Assembly: GCA_948441945.1 (NCBI GenBank) | Contig: CAOJQV010000001.1 | Coordinates: 46,977-110,976, forward strand | Source of the DNA: an uncultured Clostridium sp. | Lineage (GTDB): Bacteria; Bacillota; Clostridia; TANB77; CAG-508 | Length of the DNA: 64,000 nt | Direction of reading: 5' to 3' | Shown here: positions 19,166-31,132 of the stretch, piece by piece | Layout: every line of letters starts with the position of its first letter | Position numbering within the stretch: position 1 is the first letter of the stretch | Program-made: the position numbers and the translations under genes | The notes under the pieces: model-generated | Told to the model about the DNA's origin: nothing | Databases searched by the model: none | What the model saw: the letters and a program-made list of their open reading frames with translations, nothing else

Positions 19166-21916
19166 TTAATTTTTTCCACAACAATTTTTATATTTCTTCC
19201 CACTTCCACATGGGCAAGGATCATTTCTTCCAACCTTTGGCCCTTCATTAACAACTGTTTGACTATATTCTGGAGTACTAATCTTCTTACCACCATCAAC
19301 ACTATTAATAGCTTCTAATGCAGCACCAGTAATTTTAGCAGCCTCTTGTCTTCTAACATCTCCATTTTGTTGTCTAATGTTCATCAAAATTTTAACAACA
19401 TCAACCTTAATGTTTGCTATCATTTCTTCGAACATATCCATACCTTCCATTCTGTATTTAACAACAGGATCTTGTTGTCCATAAGCTCTTAGTCCAATAC
19501 CATTTTTAAGTTCATCCATACTGTCAATATGATCCATCCATTTTTCGTCAACAACTTTAAGCATTACAACTCTTTCAAGCTCTCTCATTTTTTCTTCTGT
19601 TATTTCTGTTTCTTTTTCTTGATATTTTTTAGTTGCTAAGTCTTTAAGTTCATTACTTATTGCTTCTACATCATCTTTATGTTCTTTGATATATTCTCCC
19701 ATATCAAGACCAAAAATATTTGATATTTCTTGACTTAAAGATTCAATATTAACAATATTTTGTTCTTCTCCTTCAACATACATATTAACATTTTCTTCTG
19801 CTATTGTATTTATCATGTTTATTATAGTTTCTTTTAAGTTTTCACCATCTAAAACTTGTCTTCTTTGTTTGTATATAATTTCTCTTTGAACATTCATAAC
19901 ATCATCATATTTTAGGACGTTTTTACGAATGCCAAAGTTTCTTCCTTCTACTTTCTTTTGAGCATTTTCTACAGATTTTGAAATCATACCTAATGATATT
20001 GGCATATTTTCATCTGCACCTAAAGTATTATATACTTTTGTTATTCTGTCTCCACCAAATATTTTCATTAAGTCATCATCTAGTCCAATAAAGAATTGTG
20101 ACTCTCCAATATCTCCTTGACGTCCAGAACGACCTCTTAACTGATTGTCAATTCTTCTTGATTCATGTCTTTCTGTTCCTATAATTTTTAATCCACCTGC
20201 ATCTATTACCTTTTGTTTTTCATCTTTAATTTGTTCTTCATATTTATTAACTAATTTTTTAAATTCTTCTCTAGCTCTTAGAATATCTTGATTGTCTGTT
20301 TCATAATAAGTATTTGCTTCTTCAATTAAGTTTGCAGGAACTCTATTCTTTCTCATTTCTTCTTTTGCTAGATATTCACTATTTCCTCCAAGCATAATGT
20401 CAGTTCCACGACCTGCCATGTTTGTTGCTATTGTTACACTTCCAAGTTTACCAGCTTGTGCAACAATCATAGCTTCTTTTTCATGTGATTTAGCGTTTAA
20501 TACTTCATGTGGAATTCTTTCAGCATTTAATAATTTACTTAATTTTTCAGATTTATCAATAGAAACTGTACCAACTAAGACTGGTTGTCCTTTTTCATGA
20601 CTTTCTTTTATGCTTTCTACTACTGCTCTAAATTTAGCATTTTCATTTTTATATATAACATCGTTTTTATCATCTCTAATCATTGGTTTATTTGTTGGTA
20701 TTTCTACAACATCTAAGTTATAAATTTCTTCGAATTCAGCTTCTTCTGTCATAGCAGTACCTGTCATTCCTGATAATTTATCATACATTCTAAAGTAGTT
20801 TTGGAATGTTATTGTTGCTAAAGTTTTAGATTCATCTGCTATTTTTACCTTTTCTTTTGCTTCAATTGCTTGATGTAATCCATTGTTGTATCTTCTTCCA
20901 TACATAATACGTCCTGTAAATTCATCTACAATTAAAACTTCTCCATCTTTTACGATATAGTCTATATCCTTTTTCATAACACCATGAGCTCTTAATGCTT
21001 GATTTACATGGTGTACAAGTGTAGAGTTTTCTAAGTCATTAAAGTTTTCTAATCCAAAGAATTCTTCTGCCTTTTTTATACCTTTTTGTGTTAATGATGC
21101 AGATTTTGCTTTTAAGTCTACTATATAATCGTATTTTTCATTATCTTCAGCTTGTTCAAAATCTTTTACATCTTCTTCTACAATTTCCTTTACTTCTAAT
21201 TTTCTAACAAATTCGTTTGCTTTTTTATATAAATCTGATGATTCATTTGCTCTACCTGAAATTATAAGTGGTGTTCTTGCTTCATCAACTAAAATACTGT
21301 CTATTTCATCGACAATTGCATAATGTAGTTCTCTTTGAACTAATTGATTTTTGTAAATTACCATATTATCTCTTAAATAGTCAAATCCAAATTCATTATT
21401 TGTTCCATAAGTGATGTCAGCACCATAAGCGTTTTGTTTTGCTTGTGGGTCCATACCAGCTATTACTAATCCTACTGAAAGTCCTAAAAATTTATATAAT
21501 TTTCCCATCCATTCACTATCTCTTTTTGCCAAGTAATCATTTACTGTGATAACGTGTACGCCTTTTCCTTCTAATGCGTTTAGATATACTGGTAGTGTAG
21601 CAACAAGTGTTTTTCCTTCACCTGTTTTCATTTCAGCAATTCTTCCTTGATGTAATATAATTCCACCTATTAATTGAACATCAAAATGTCTTAATCCTAA
21701 TGTTCTTTTAGATGCTTCTCTTACAACTGCAAATGCTTCTGGTAGTATGTCATCTAATGTTTTTCCATTTTCTAATTCTTTTTTGAAATAATCTGTTTTT
21801 CCTCTTAGTTCTGAATCAGTTAATTTTGATATACTTTCTTCTAATTCATTAATTTGATTTACAATTGGCATTACCCTTTTAACTTCTTTTTCACTGTATG
21901 TTTTAAATAGTTTCAT
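19166..21916 (-). CDS. secA: preprotein translocase subunit SecA
   Basis: 916 aa; DEAD motor, preprotein cross-linking domain, C-terminal zinc finger [14 protein letters not shown]. Confidence 0.97.
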   Translation of the reverse strand: MKLFKTYSEKEVKRVMPIVNQINELEESISKLTDSELRGKTDYFKKELENGKTLDDILPEAFAVVREASKRTLGLRHFDVQLIGGIILHQGRIAEMKTGEGKTLVATLPVYLNALEGKGVHVITVNDYLAKRDSEWMGKLYKFLGLSVGLVIAGMDPQAKQNAYGADITYGTNNEFGFDYLRDNMVIYKNQLVQRELHYAIVDEIDSILVDEARTPLIISGRANESSDLYKKANEFVRKLEVKEIVEEDVKDFEQAEDNEKYDYIVDLKAKSASLTQKGIKKAEEFFGLENFNDLENSTLVHHVNQALRAHGVMKKDIDYIVKDGEVLIVDEFTGRIMYGRRYNNGLHQAIEAKEKVKIADESKTLATITFQNYFRMYDKLSGMTGTAMTEEAEFEEIYNLDVVEIPTNKPMIRDDKNDVIYKNENAKFRAVVESIKESHEKGQPVLVGTVSIDKSEKLSKLLNAERIPHEVLNAKSHEKEAMIVAQAGKLGSVTIATNMAGRGTDIMLGGNSEYLAKEEMRKNRVPANLIEEANTYYETDNQDILRAREEFKKLVNKYEEQIKDEKQKVIDAGGLKIIGTERHESRRIDNQLRGRSGRQGDIGESQFFIGLDDDLMKIFGGDRITKVYNTLGADENMPISLGMISKSVENAQKKVEGRNFGIRKNVLKYDDVMNVQREIIYKQRRQVLDGENLKETIINMINTIAEENVNMYVEGEEQNIVNIESLSQEISNIFGLDMGEYIKEHKDDVEAISNELKDLATKKYQEKETEITEEKMRELERVVMLKVVDEKWMDHIDSMDELKNGIGLRAYGQQDPVVKYRMEGMDMFEEMIANIKVDVVKILMNIRQQNGDVRRQEAAKITGAALEAINSVDGGKKISTPEYSQTVVNEGPKVGRNDPCPCGSGKKYKNCCGKN

Positions 21917-22008
21917 AATGGTATATTCCTCCTAAGTTTATATTTTTACTTTGTTACTATATCATTAAAATTTCTTTTTAGCAAGGTTTTTTGGCAATTT
22001 TTTCCGTT

Positions 22009-22345
22009 AATTTTTTCCTATCAATTCTTTATCATATAAATCCTTAAAAATCAACTTATCTACAGGAGATATTTTATCTAAATTACTATAATTTAACCAT
22101 TTTATTTCTTGAATTTCAGAATCAGGTTTTATTTCTCCTGTAAATTCTGCTGTATAGCAAGTCATTTTTACTAATATTCCCTAGCTTTTACATTCAATTC
22201 TTTTAATATTTTATAGTGTATTTCTGGATTTGGCTTTAATTCTTTGACTGCTTCTTTTGAATATACTAATGTAAATATATCATCAATTGGAGCTTTATTT
22301 ATTATGTTTTGATTATTTTTTCTATATGTTTCTATTATTGGTCAT
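22009..22345 (-). pseudogene. NUDIX hydrolase remnant (several stops/frameshifts)
   Basis: Minus-strand fragments MTCYTAEFTGEIKPDSEIQEIKWLNYSNLDKISPVDKLIFKDLYDKELIG and KAPIDDIFTLVYSKEAVKELKPNPEIHYKILKEL, separated by stops. Confidence 0.35.
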
Positions 22346-22476
22346 TATCTATTAAATGAATCGTTCTTATTGTATTATAATTATTTAAAAATAGCAATAT
22401 ATTTAAATAGCAAAATGTAATATTGGCTATTTATTTTACATATATTTTAGTAATTAGTTAGAAAAGAGGATTATAT

Positions 22477-23025
22477 ATGTTTATTTTTAATTTTAAAGTA
22501 AATGGTGGTAAAATATTTAAGTACTTTTTTATATGTGTAATTATTTTATTAGTTATTATTTTTGGTATTGTCTCTTGTAAGGTTTTTAAAGGAGCAAATG
22601 ATGCATCAAAATCGCAAACTTGTATCCCTAAAAATGGAATTTCACAAATACAAGCTAAAAATTATACTAATATTTTAAAATCTGTTCATGAAAATATTGA
22701 CTCTTATGTTGGTAAAAAGATTTGTTTTACAGGTTATGTTTATAGAGTTTTAGATTTACAAGAAAATCAATTTATTTTAGCTAGAAATATGATTGTAAAT
22801 TCAAATTCTCAAACAGTAGTTGTTGGTTTTCTTTGTGAACAAGATAATAGTAAAGATTTTAATAATGATACTTGGGTGGAAGTAACTGGCGAAATTACTA
22901 AAGGTGATTATCATGGTGATATGCCTATTATAAAAGTAACAGAAATGCATGTAGTTAATGCTCCTTCTGAAGAATATGTTTATCCTCCTGATGATAGCTA
23001 TATTCCAACTTCAGGATTATTATAA
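22477..23025 (+). CDS. hypothetical membrane-anchored protein
   Basis: N-terminal TM helix, 182 aa, own terminator. Confidence 0.4.
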   Translation: MFIFNFKVNGGKIFKYFFICVIILLVIIFGIVSCKVFKGANDASKSQTCIPKNGISQIQAKNYTNILKSVHENIDSYVGKKICFTGYVYRVLDLQENQFILARNMIVNSNSQTVVVGFLCEQDNSKDFNNDTWVEVTGEITKGDYHGDMPIIKVTEMHVVNAPSEEYVYPPDDSYIPTSGLL

Positions 23026-23026
23026 A

Positions 23027-23059
23027 AAAAGCAACTAAATTTAATTAGTTGCTTTTTTT
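23027..23059. terminator. bidirectional terminator
   Basis: aagcaactaa-attta-attagttgctt flanked by A and T runs. Confidence 0.6.
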
Positions 23060-24596
23060 ATTCCCATTCAATTGTTGCTGGTGGTTTAGATGTTATATCA
23101 TAAACTACTCTATTTACATGGTCTACTTCATTTACAATTCTACTTGAAACTTTTTCCAAAACATCATAAGGAATTTTAGACCATACACCTGTCATAAAAT
23201 CTACTGTTTCTACTGCTCTAAGTGCTATTGTATAGTCATATGTTCTTTCATCTCCCATAACCCCTACTGATTTTAGATTTGTCAATACTGCAAAATATTG
23301 ATTAATTGATTTATGTAGTCCTGCTTTTGCAATTTCTTCTCTAAAAATTGCGTCTGCTTCTTTTAGTATATCTAGTTTATCATCTGTGATGTCTCCAATA
23401 ATTCTGATTGCTAATCCAGGTCCTGGAAATGGTTGTCTGAATACTAGATTTTCTGGAATTCCTAGTTCTAGCCCTGTTTTTCTAACTTCATCTTTAAATA
23501 GGTCTCTTAATGGTTCAATAATTTCTTCAAAGTCTACATAGTCAGGAAGTCCACCTACATTATGATGACTTTTTATTACTGAGCTTTTTCCAAGTCCACT
23601 TTCAATAACATCTGGATAAATAGTTCCTTGTACTAAATAATCTACTTTGCCTATTTTGTGAGCTTCTTCTTCAAATACTCTTATAAACTCTTCTCCAATA
23701 ATTTTTCTTTTCTTCTCTGGGTCTGTTACTCCTGAAAGTTTTGATAAAAATCTATCTTTTGAGTTGACTCTAATTAAGTTTATATCAAATTGTTCTTTAA
23801 AGATTTTTTCAACCTCATCTCCCTCATTTTTTCTAAGAAGTCCATGGTCAACAAAAATACAAGTTAGATTTTTTCCAATTGCTTTGCTAAGCAATACTGC
23901 TGCAACAGAAGAATCCACTCCTCCTGATAAAGCACATAGCGCTTTTTTATCTCCTACTTTTTCTTTTATGGATTTTATTGAATCTTCTACAAATGATGAA
24001 ATTACCCAGTCTCCTGAACATTTGCAAATATTAAATAGAAAATTATGTATTACTTTTATTCCATTTTCTGAGTTATTAACTTCTGGATGGAATTGAATTC
24101 CATATCTCATTTTTTCTTCGTTTTCTATCCCTGCATTTGGGCAAGATTCTGTTTTGGCTATATTTTTAAATCCTTCTGGTAAACTTTCTACATAGTCTGT
24201 ATGGCTCATTAAGAAATTATTTGTATCTTCAAATCCTTCAAATAATTTTGATTGATTGTTTATTTTTACAGGTATTACACCATATTCTCTTTTATCTGCT
24301 CTTGCAACTTTTCCTTTAAGAATATGTGTCATAAGTTGCATTCCATAACAAATTCCCAGTATTGGAATTTCTAGGTCAAATATTCTTTCATCACATTTTG
24401 GTGCGTCTTCACCATAAACACTGGCAGGTCCTCCTGTAAATATAATTCCTTTTGGATTTTTTTCTTTTATTTTTTCTATTGAAATATTATAAGGCACTAC
24501 TTCTGAATAAACATTACATTCTCTTACTCTTCTGGCAATTAGTTGGTTATATTGTCCACCAAAGTCTAAAATAAGTATTAGTTCATTTTTTTTCAT
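23058..24596 (-). CDS. guaA: GMP synthase (glutamine-hydrolysing)
   Basis: GATase-1 domain (GICYGMQ), ATP-PPase SGGVDSS, C-terminal dimerisation domain ending TIEWE. Confidence 0.95.
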   Translation of the reverse strand: MKKNELILILDFGGQYNQLIARRVRECNVYSEVVPYNISIEKIKEKNPKGIIFTGGPASVYGEDAPKCDERIFDLEIPILGICYGMQLMTHILKGKVARADKREYGVIPVKINNQSKLFEGFEDTNNFLMSHTDYVESLPEGFKNIAKTESCPNAGIENEEKMRYGIQFHPEVNNSENGIKVIHNFLFNICKCSGDWVISSFVEDSIKSIKEKVGDKKALCALSGGVDSSVAAVLLSKAIGKNLTCIFVDHGLLRKNEGDEVEKIFKEQFDINLIRVNSKDRFLSKLSGVTDPEKKRKIIGEEFIRVFEEEAHKIGKVDYLVQGTIYPDVIESGLGKSSVIKSHHNVGGLPDYVDFEEIIEPLRDLFKDEVRKTGLELGIPENLVFRQPFPGPGLAIRIIGDITDDKLDILKEADAIFREEIAKAGLHKSINQYFAVLTNLKSVGVMGDERTYDYTIALRAVETVDFMTGVWSKIPYDVLEKVSSRIVNEVDHVNRVVYDITSKPPATIEWE

Positions 24597-24613
24597 ATCT
24601 AATCTCCTATATT

Positions 24614-26116
24614 TTATTTTTTATCAACCTCTTTAAGCATAACATCATGAGCGCTACCTTCTGCAATACTTACATTTGAAACTATAGTTAATCTAGCTTT
24701 TTCATGTAATTCTTTAATTGATGTAGCTCCACAGTTACACATTGTAGATTTTACTTTACTAACTGTTACTTCTAAATTATCTTTTAAAGACCCAGCATAA
24801 GGAATGTAAGAGTCAACACCTTCTTCAAATGATAATTTCTTTTTGTCTCCTCCTAAGTCATATCTTTGCCAGTTTCTAGCACGATTTGAACCTTCTCCCC
24901 AATATTCTTTTACATAAGTATTTCCTATTTTTAATACTCTTGTGGGGCTTTCATCAAATCTTGCAAAATATCTTCCCATCATAACGAAATCTGCTCCTAA
25001 TGCTAATGCAATTGTAATGTGATGGTCATGAACAATTCCACCATCAGAACAAACTGGTATGTAAATTCCTGTTTTTGCAAAATATTCATCACGAGCTTCT
25101 ATAACATCTATTAAAGCGCTTGCTTGTCCACGGCCAATTCCTTTTGTCTCACGTGTAATACAGATAGAGCCTCCTCCTACACCAACTTTAATAAAGTCTG
25201 CTCCTGCTTCTGCTAAATAATTAAATCCTTCTTTGTCTACGACATTTCCTGCTCCAATTTTTACACTATCTCCATATTTTTCTCTTACAAAATCAATAGT
25301 TTTCTTTTGCCATACAGAATATCCATCTGATGAATCCATACATAGCAAATCAACTCCCGCTTCTACTAATGCTGGAATTCTTTCTGTATAATCTCTTGTA
25401 TTAATTCCTGCTCCTACAATATATCTTTTATTTTCATCTAGTAATGAGTTTGGATTATTTTTTCTTTCTTCATAATCTCTTCTAAATACAAGATATTTTA
25501 GGTTTCCTTCTTTTGTTAAGATAGGTAAACAGTTTATTTTCTTTTCCCATATAATATCATTTGCTTCTGATAGTGTTATTCCTTCTTCTGCACAGATTAT
25601 GTTTTCAGCTTTTGTCATATAGTTATCAATTGGAGCATCTTGATTATCACGTGTTAAACGATAATCTTTATCTGTTACTAATCCTAGGAATCTTCCATTT
25701 GATGTTCCATCTTCTGTTATTGTAACTGTTGAGTGTCCTGTTTCTTCTACTAGTGCTAGAACTTCTCTTAATGTTGTTCCGCTTTTTACATTTGAATCAC
25801 TTATTACAAATCCTGCTTTGTGTTTTTTTACTCTATATACCATTTGTGCTTGTGATTCTATTGATTGTGCTCCATATATAAATGCTACTCCTCCTTCTCT
25901 TGCAAGTGCAATTCCCATTTCTTCTCCTGATACTGATTGCATTATTGCTGAGACCATTGGTACATTTGCTGAGTATTTTGGTTCTTCTCCTTTTTTGAAT
26001 TTTACTAGTGGTGTTTTTAGACTTACATTGTCTGGTATGCATTCCTCTGTTGTTAAGTTTGGTAATAATAAAAATTCGTTAAATGTTCTTGAAATATCTT
26101 CTAAGATTTTTGCCAT
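24614..26116 (-). CDS. guaB: IMP dehydrogenase
   Basis: CBS pair inside a TIM barrel; catalytic loop [12 protein letters not shown]. Confidence 0.95.
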   Translation of the reverse strand: MAKILEDISRTFNEFLLLPNLTTEECIPDNVSLKTPLVKFKKGEEPKYSANVPMVSAIMQSVSGEEMGIALAREGGVAFIYGAQSIESQAQMVYRVKKHKAGFVISDSNVKSGTTLREVLALVEETGHSTVTITEDGTSNGRFLGLVTDKDYRLTRDNQDAPIDNYMTKAENIICAEEGITLSEANDIIWEKKINCLPILTKEGNLKYLVFRRDYEERKNNPNSLLDENKRYIVGAGINTRDYTERIPALVEAGVDLLCMDSSDGYSVWQKKTIDFVREKYGDSVKIGAGNVVDKEGFNYLAEAGADFIKVGVGGGSICITRETKGIGRGQASALIDVIEARDEYFAKTGIYIPVCSDGGIVHDHHITIALALGADFVMMGRYFARFDESPTRVLKIGNTYVKEYWGEGSNRARNWQRYDLGGDKKKLSFEEGVDSYIPYAGSLKDNLEVTVSKVKSTMCNCGATSIKELHEKARLTIVSNVSIAEGSAHDVMLKEVDKK

Positions 26117-26189
26117 GTTTATTTCCTCCTAATTTTTAATTCATATATTTAGTATAACATATAATTATATAAATTCCAAGAAAATCCAA

Positions 26190-27287
26190 CTAATTTCTAT
26201 CAAATATTGTTTTTACTACTCCCTCGTCAATTAAAGTAGCAAAAACATTTTTTATTATAATTAATATGATAGGTCCAAGTAACATTCCAATTACTCCTAT
26301 AAACTTAAAACCAGTGTACATAGCAATTAAAGTAAAAATTGGATGTGTTCCAATATGTTTGCTTACTAATTTTGGTTCTATAAATTGTCTTACTATGGAC
26401 ATAATTGCAAATAAAACTAAAATTGCAATCCCTAATTTTAAATCACCATTTAACCCTGAAATAATAGCCCAAGGAATCATAACTGTACCAGAACCTAAAA
26501 TTGGTAATGCATCAACAAAACCAATAAATATTGCCATTAGTAATGGAAATTCAATGTTAAATTTTGCAAATTTTAAAATATAAAGACCTATTAAAGAAAT
26601 CATAAAAGATACAAAAATTAGAGTTACTTGCGCTTTTAAATATGCTCCTAATGTTTTTGTTATTTCTCTTAAATGTGTTCCTAATTTATATACCCATTTT
26701 TCTGGCAAATGATGTTCTAATTGGTCTAATATATATACTTTATCAACACAAATAAAGTACAATGACATTATTGTTACAGCAAAATAAATAGCTATTTTAG
26801 GAATTGATGTTATTACATTTAACAATCCATTTAGTGCATTACGTAGCCATTCTGATAATGTATTTAAAAGTCCTCCTGTTGAATTTTGTAGTATTGAACT
26901 TATTTCATTTGGAAGATGATATTTTTCAAAGTCGAAGTTTTGTACAAAATTTTGAGATAATCTATAAATTTTTTCTACATATCCATTTAGTCCTTGTAAT
27001 AAGTTTGATGCTTCTGAAAAAAGAGAAATCATACCCCAAATAATTACTCCTAAAATAATAGCAGATACAACTATAAAAATTATTATTGAACTTGTTTTTC
27101 TTGTAAGTTTCATTTTTCTCATTAAAAGTCTGATTATTGGTTCAATAATAAGTGATATAATAAATGCAATTAAAAATGGCATATAAAAAGCTGATAGCTT
27201 AAATGCCAATATTAACCCAATTAAAATTAAAACTACATATAAAATTTTTCTACATACTCTTGTCCAATATGACATGTCAATAATCAT
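26190..27287 (-). CDS. ytvI: AI-2E family transporter / sporulation integral membrane protein YtvI-like
   Basis: 365-aa polytopic membrane protein with AI-2E topology. Confidence 0.65.
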   Translation of the reverse strand: MIIDMSYWTRVCRKILYVVLILIGLILAFKLSAFYMPFLIAFIISLIIEPIIRLLMRKMKLTRKTSSIIIFIVVSAIILGVIIWGMISLFSEASNLLQGLNGYVEKIYRLSQNFVQNFDFEKYHLPNEISSILQNSTGGLLNTLSEWLRNALNGLLNVITSIPKIAIYFAVTIMSLYFICVDKVYILDQLEHHLPEKWVYKLGTHLREITKTLGAYLKAQVTLIFVSFMISLIGLYILKFAKFNIEFPLLMAIFIGFVDALPILGSGTVMIPWAIISGLNGDLKLGIAILVLFAIMSIVRQFIEPKLVSKHIGTHPIFTLIAMYTGFKFIGVIGMLLGPIILIIIKNVFATLIDEGVVKTIFDRN

Positions 27288-27345
27288 GTTAATTTCTCCT
27301 TGATTTATTATATGTATTTTTATTTTTTATATTCTATAATTGCTA

Positions 27346-27385
27346 AAAAAGGGAAAAAGTCTAGCCCTTTTTCCCTACTTTTTAT
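27346..27385. terminator. bidirectional terminator
   Basis: aagggaaaaag-tctagcc-ctttttccct. Confidence 0.55.
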
Positions 27386-27393
27386 TTCACTTT

Positions 27394-27840
27394 TTATCCA
27401 TTATTTTTTCCTGTATTACAATTACATATATCACTTATTGTTGTACATACATGGTCTTGTCCTAGTTCCATTTCACTATGTGCTAAGTCCCCTATTGTTA
27501 ATATTCCTATAACATGGTTGTTTTGGTCACATACTGGTAGTCTTCTTATTTGATTACTTGCCATTTTACTTTCTGCATTTGTCATTTCATCGTCTTCTTT
27601 ACAAGTGCATACATTTGTTGACATTATTTCGCTTGCTGTTGTATTACAACAATCTTTGTCACATGCTACTGTACGAAGTAAGATGTCTCTATCTGTTAAA
27701 ATCCCACATATACAGTTATTGTTATCACATACTGGTATACATCCAATGTGTTTTTCATTCATTAATTTTGCTACTTCACTTATTTTTGTTTCTGGTTTTA
27801 CACAGCATACATTTTCACACATACAATCTTTTACTTTCAT
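27394..27840 (-). CDS. CBS-pair domain protein, unusually cysteine-rich
   Basis: Two CBS motifs (HIGCIPVCD..ILTDRDIL; IRRLPVCDQNNHVIGILTIGDL) and ~20 Cys in ~148 aa; start at MKVKD with an AAGGTGG RBS. Confidence 0.6.
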   Translation of the reverse strand: MKVKDCMCENVCCVKPETKISEVAKLMNEKHIGCIPVCDNNNCICGILTDRDILLRTVACDKDCCNTTASEIMSTNVCTCKEDDEMTNAESKMASNQIRRLPVCDQNNHVIGILTIGDLAHSEMELGQDHVCTTISDICNCNTGKNNG

Positions 27841-27968
27841 TTTTATTCCACCTTTCAAAATTTCTCATTTTTATTATTTGTGGAATTTTTAAAAATATTC
27901 AAATTTATTTTTTCATTTTTTGAAATTTTTGGTAAAAAAATAGAGGGGGATATGACTCCCCCATTTGT

Positions 27969-28184
27969 TCAAAGATTATAATAGAAACCAAGAATTTCTT
28001 CTAATACTTCAAGATCTTCTTCAGTGATCCTATTATATTCACTGTCATCTTTTCGCATATCTGCAAGAAGTCTTTCTACAGTTTCTTTAATGCTTTTTAA
28101 TTCCCGTAATCTAATTCTATTGGGAATTTTGTGATCTTGGAATCTCTTCCATTCAGAAATTAAATTTTTTAAGCCCTCATACAT
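27969..28184 (-). CDS. small protein, paralog A (MYEGLKNLISEW...)
   Basis: 71 aa; own G5/C5 hairpin terminator downstream (27933-27966). Confidence 0.45.
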   Translation of the reverse strand: MYEGLKNLISEWKRFQDHKIPNRIRLRELKSIKETVERLLADMRKDDSEYNRITEEDLEVLEEILGFYYNL

Positions 28185-28322
28185 ACTTTGAACCTCCTAG
28201 AAATTTATTTATTCAGATGTTTACATTATAACATTTTTCTTTCTTTATGTCAATAACAATATGTCAATTCTTAAAGTTATGTAGTGATTTCCCATACAAT
28301 AAAAAGGAGGGGAATTACTCTC

Positions 28323-28580
28323 CTACCTTCTTTTCGAAGCCTCTATAATCAAGTAAGTAAAAATATTATCAAGGATTAATTCATCTTCTTCCTTGATTTT
28401 TTCAAACTCTTCTTTTCTGCTTCGTACTTCTGCAAGCATTACTTGGATGCTTTTTGCAATGTACCTAAGATGCTTATTTATTGTGTTAATCATTTCACTG
28501 TCATTTGCTTTTACTGCTTCCTGTTTTTTTTCATTGTAAAATGTCCATTCATCCAATAATACTTTTAATCCTTCATACAT
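28323..28580 (-). CDS. small protein, paralog B (MYEGLKVLLDEW...)
   Basis: Shares the N-terminal MYEGLKxLxxEW motif with paralog A; AGGAGGA RBS. Confidence 0.45.
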   Translation of the reverse strand: MYEGLKVLLDEWTFYNEKKQEAVKANDSEMINTINKHLRYIAKSIQVMLAEVRSRKEEFEKIKEEDELILDNIFTYLIIEASKRR

Positions 28581-28654
28581 AATTTTTTCCTCCTGCATAA
28601 TGCTTCTACTTTTACTATTAGTTATGTTAATTATAGCATTTTTAAAGGACTAAG

Positions 28655-29257
28655 TCAATTTTCAAAAATATCAAAACTACTATTAGGCTCAAATTCTCTC
28701 ATAAATGGAGGTCTGCCTGGTCCAGGACCAAATGGTGGTCTAACTGAAGGACGAGCTCCAGGTCCAGGTGGTGGAAATGGTGGTCTTGGTCCAACAGGTG
28801 GTCTTCCAGGTCTATTTAGCAATTCTCTAATCAATAAAATTTTTATTAAATCACGCAAACCTCTATTAAATTGTCTAGTTTCTCTTTTCTCATTTGTAGT
28901 TTCTTTTATTTTAGTATCAGCTCTTTTATCAGATTGCTTTGTATAAGTATTAGTATTACTTCTAACGTTATTTGTTAAATTAATATTAATTTGAGTTTCA
29001 TTTTGATTTTCTAAAGCAAAATAAATTTCATCTGTCATTCTTTCTAATTCTTCGTCTGTTATATTTGATGAACTATTACTACATCTTTTACTTACCATAG
29101 GATATACTATTTTATATATTTCTGGATAGCATTTTTCCAATTCGCTATTTTCTAAATTCACATTATTAGAATATTGATTATGATTATTTTGATAGTTATC
29201 TACTGCTGGGTAACCTAAAATACTTCTTATGTACTCATCATAAGTTTCATTATACAT
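28655..29257 (-). CDS. hypothetical protein with Pro/Gly-rich low-complexity C-terminus (spore-coat-like)
   Basis: C-terminal RPGRPPVGPRPPFPPPGPGARPSVRPPFGPGPGRPPF. Confidence 0.45.
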   Translation of the reverse strand: MYNETYDEYIRSILGYPAVDNYQNNHNQYSNNVNLENSELEKCYPEIYKIVYPMVSKRCSNSSSNITDEELERMTDEIYFALENQNETQININLTNNVRSNTNTYTKQSDKRADTKIKETTNEKRETRQFNRGLRDLIKILLIRELLNRPGRPPVGPRPPFPPPGPGARPSVRPPFGPGPGRPPFMREFEPNSSFDIFEN

Positions 29258-29310
29258 AATAAACCTCCCTCATTTTTCTTTTATATAATATGAGAGAGGT
29301 TGTATTTTGG

Positions 29311-30711
29311 TTATATGTTATTTACTAAATTTTTGAATTTATGACCACGGTCAGCGAAATCTTTAAACATATCAAAACTTGCACTGGCAGGAGAAAATAA
29401 AACTACATCTCCTTTTTTCGCTACTTTTTTTGCAATTTCTATAGTTTGTTCTAATGTATCACATATATTTACAGGAATTTTCTTGTTTTGGCTTTCACTT
29501 TCAACTTTTACTACATCATAGATTTTCCCTGCTGTTTGACCAATTAAAATCAAATTTGATACTTTATTTAAAATTGGTTTTCCAAGTGGTTCATAGTCTA
29601 AGTTTTTGTCATATCCCCCAGCTATTAGTATAATATTTTCATCAAAACTGTTAATTCCTGATAGTGTTCTTGTTGGAGAAGAACTTGCAGAGTCATTATA
29701 CCATTTAACTCCATTTATTTCTCTAATAAATTCTATTCTATGTTCAACTGGTTTAAATTCTTTTATTGCTTCTATTGCCACATCAATATCTACTAATGTT
29801 TTTGTTGTTGCAATTGCTGCCACTATATTTTGATAATTATGCTTTCCTCTTAGTATAACTTCTTTTGTATCTAAAATGTGTTTTCTAACTTTATCATTAC
29901 ATTCTTTAATAATATTTTCATCTACAATAAAACCATTTTCCAATTTTGTTTGGCTACTAAAATATATTACTTTTCCATTTGCCTCTTTGGCAGATTCTTT
30001 TGTAATAGGATTATCATAATTTAAAATTAATATTCCATTTTCATCTTGATATTTGTAAATATTTTTTTTAGCATCAATATATTCTTGATAGTCTTTATGT
30101 ATATTTAAGTGATTTGGTGTAATATTAGTTATAACAGCAATATCTGGACTTGTTTTCATATTCATCAATTGGAAACTGCTTAATTCTAAAACTACAATAT
30201 CATCTGGTGTCATTTCTGGTAACCTTGTGAAAAGTGGCGTTCCTATGTTTCCACCTAAAAATGTGTTGTAGTTTGCCTTCCTTAAAATGCTATTTATCAT
30301 ACTTGTTGTTGTAGTTTTTCCATCACTTCCAGTTACACCTATAATTTTTGCTGGACACATTTCCATTAGCATTTCTACTTCTGTTGTTATTATTGCTCCT
30401 TCATTTGCTGCTTTTTCTAGTTCTATTCTTGTTGGTAAGCAACTTGGAGAGCGGAAAATTATATTAAATCCTATTAATTTTTCAAGACAATTTTTTCCAA
30501 ATTCAAATTTAAATTCATACATTGTTATTTTTTCCATAATGTTTTGTGGAATTTCATCTAGATTTCTTTCATCAAATACTGTTACTTGTGCTTTTTTTTC
30601 ATATAAATAATCTAGTAGTGGTAAATTGCTTACTCCTAATCCTATTACAGCAATTTTACGGTATCTTATATATTCATTAAATTCTTTTAGTTTACTATTT
30701 TCATAACTCAT
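29311..30711 (-). CDS. murD: UDP-N-acetylmuramoylalanine--D-glutamate ligase
   Basis: Mur ligase fold; P-loop GVTGSDGKTTTTSM. Confidence 0.9.
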   Translation of the reverse strand: MSYENSKLKEFNEYIRYRKIAVIGLGVSNLPLLDYLYEKKAQVTVFDERNLDEIPQNIMEKITMYEFKFEFGKNCLEKLIGFNIIFRSPSCLPTRIELEKAANEGAIITTEVEMLMEMCPAKIIGVTGSDGKTTTTSMINSILRKANYNTFLGGNIGTPLFTRLPEMTPDDIVVLELSSFQLMNMKTSPDIAVITNITPNHLNIHKDYQEYIDAKKNIYKYQDENGILILNYDNPITKESAKEANGKVIYFSSQTKLENGFIVDENIIKECNDKVRKHILDTKEVILRGKHNYQNIVAAIATTKTLVDIDVAIEAIKEFKPVEHRIEFIREINGVKWYNDSASSSPTRTLSGINSFDENIILIAGGYDKNLDYEPLGKPILNKVSNLILIGQTAGKIYDVVKVESESQNKKIPVNICDTLEQTIEIAKKVAKKGDVVLFSPASASFDMFKDFADRGHKFKNLVNNI

Positions 30712-30890
30712 TAGCTTTTTCCTCTCTTAATTTTAACAATTAAAATATTAGTATTTTTATACATTATATCTTATTTTTTTATTTTTCGTTACTATTATAA
30801 CACTTTTTTATAAAAAAACAAATTTTACTAGAATATTTTTATTATTTTTGTACACAATATTTTTAGAAGTTGAATGGAGGTGCTTTTCAA

Positions 30891-30980
30891 TGTCAAATAA
30901 GAATAATCAAAAAAATAACAACAAAAACAATAATAACAATCAAAATCAAAACAATGAAAAACAAAACAATAACAATAAAT
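30891..30980 (+). CDS. small Asn/Gln/Lys-rich peptide (29 aa)
   Basis: MSNKNNQKNNNKNNNNNQNQNNEKQNNNNK; GGAGGTG RBS 7 nt upstream; hairpin tagctctt-ttttaa-gagcta plus T run downstream. Confidence 0.3.
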
Positions 30981-31132
30981 AAGAACTGTATATAGTTAAT
31001 ATTTTATTTTGTAGCTCTTTTTTAAGAGCTATTTTTTATTTTTCTATTGAATATTATGTAAAATATGCTATAATATTAAACAAGTTAACTATTGTTGAAT
31101 TAATATCATTTAATTTAAAGGAGGACAAAATT

